A DNA stretch of 63,889 nt, the filler included, from Octopus bimaculoides (lineage: Eukaryota): the NCBI RefSeq assembly GCF_001194135.2. It is 8 parts of 7 records of this genome, joined end to end, with 100 filler letters (N's around TTAATTAATTAA, not from the genome) between each part and the next. Parts side by side here need not be neighbours in the genome. Positions count along the whole stretch, not along the records: positions 62,864 to 63,889 come from NC_068988.1; 7 more parts are not named here. One strand, given 5' to 3'. A model generated the notes under the pieces. That model did no database searches and had not been told where the DNA came from. It saw only the letters and a list, made by a program, of their open reading frames with translations. Numbering within the stretch: the first letter of the stretch is position 1; every line of letters starts with the position of its first letter. Shown here piece by piece: positions 63,888-63,889 of this stretch. The translations under genes were made by a program, and so were the position numbers.

Positions 63888-63889
63888 TA

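Noticed and set aside
1-63889. CRISPR arrays, rRNA, operons or prokaryotic defence systems
   Set aside because: The sequence is intron-containing animal DNA. No regularly spaced repeat-spacer array or rRNA-like segment was seen.

Overview
AT-rich, microsatellite- and SINE-dense eukaryotic genomic DNA with many N gaps. The repeat landscape suggests a cephalopod, most likely Octopus; this is inference, not a database match. Two conserved genes can be reconstructed exon by exon with canonical splice sites. They are divergently transcribed: UBE2F (NEDD8 E2, minus strand, 6 coding exons, 21207->16770, 182 aa) and VPS25 (ESCRT-II subunit, plus strand, 6 coding exons, 27190->32744, 175 aa). VPS25 intron 2 is a textbook U12 (minor spliceosome) GT-AG intron. 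Most of the remainder is decayed mobile DNA: CR1/jockey-type and RTE LINE fragments, several R4/Dong-type (RLE) LINE ends sitting in TAA microsatellites, a Penelope GIY-YIG remnant, Tc1/mariner, hAT and Tigger-like relics, and at least four tRNA-derived SINE families. The most interesting unannotated signals are: a well-formed minimal type I hammerhead ribozyme with a compensated U3-A8 core just 3' of the Penelope endonuclease; a second hammerhead-like motif with a CUGUUGA core; a 119-bp TGT..ACA fold-back element with a 5-bp TSD; a 240-bp near-perfect palindrome; a ~260-bp inverted repeat bracketing VPS25 exon 1; and several orphan exon-like segments at 40-62 kb, including micro-exon candidates and a 150-nt exon with an in-frame TGA. 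Almost all ORFs in the supplied track are simple-repeat or gap artefacts.
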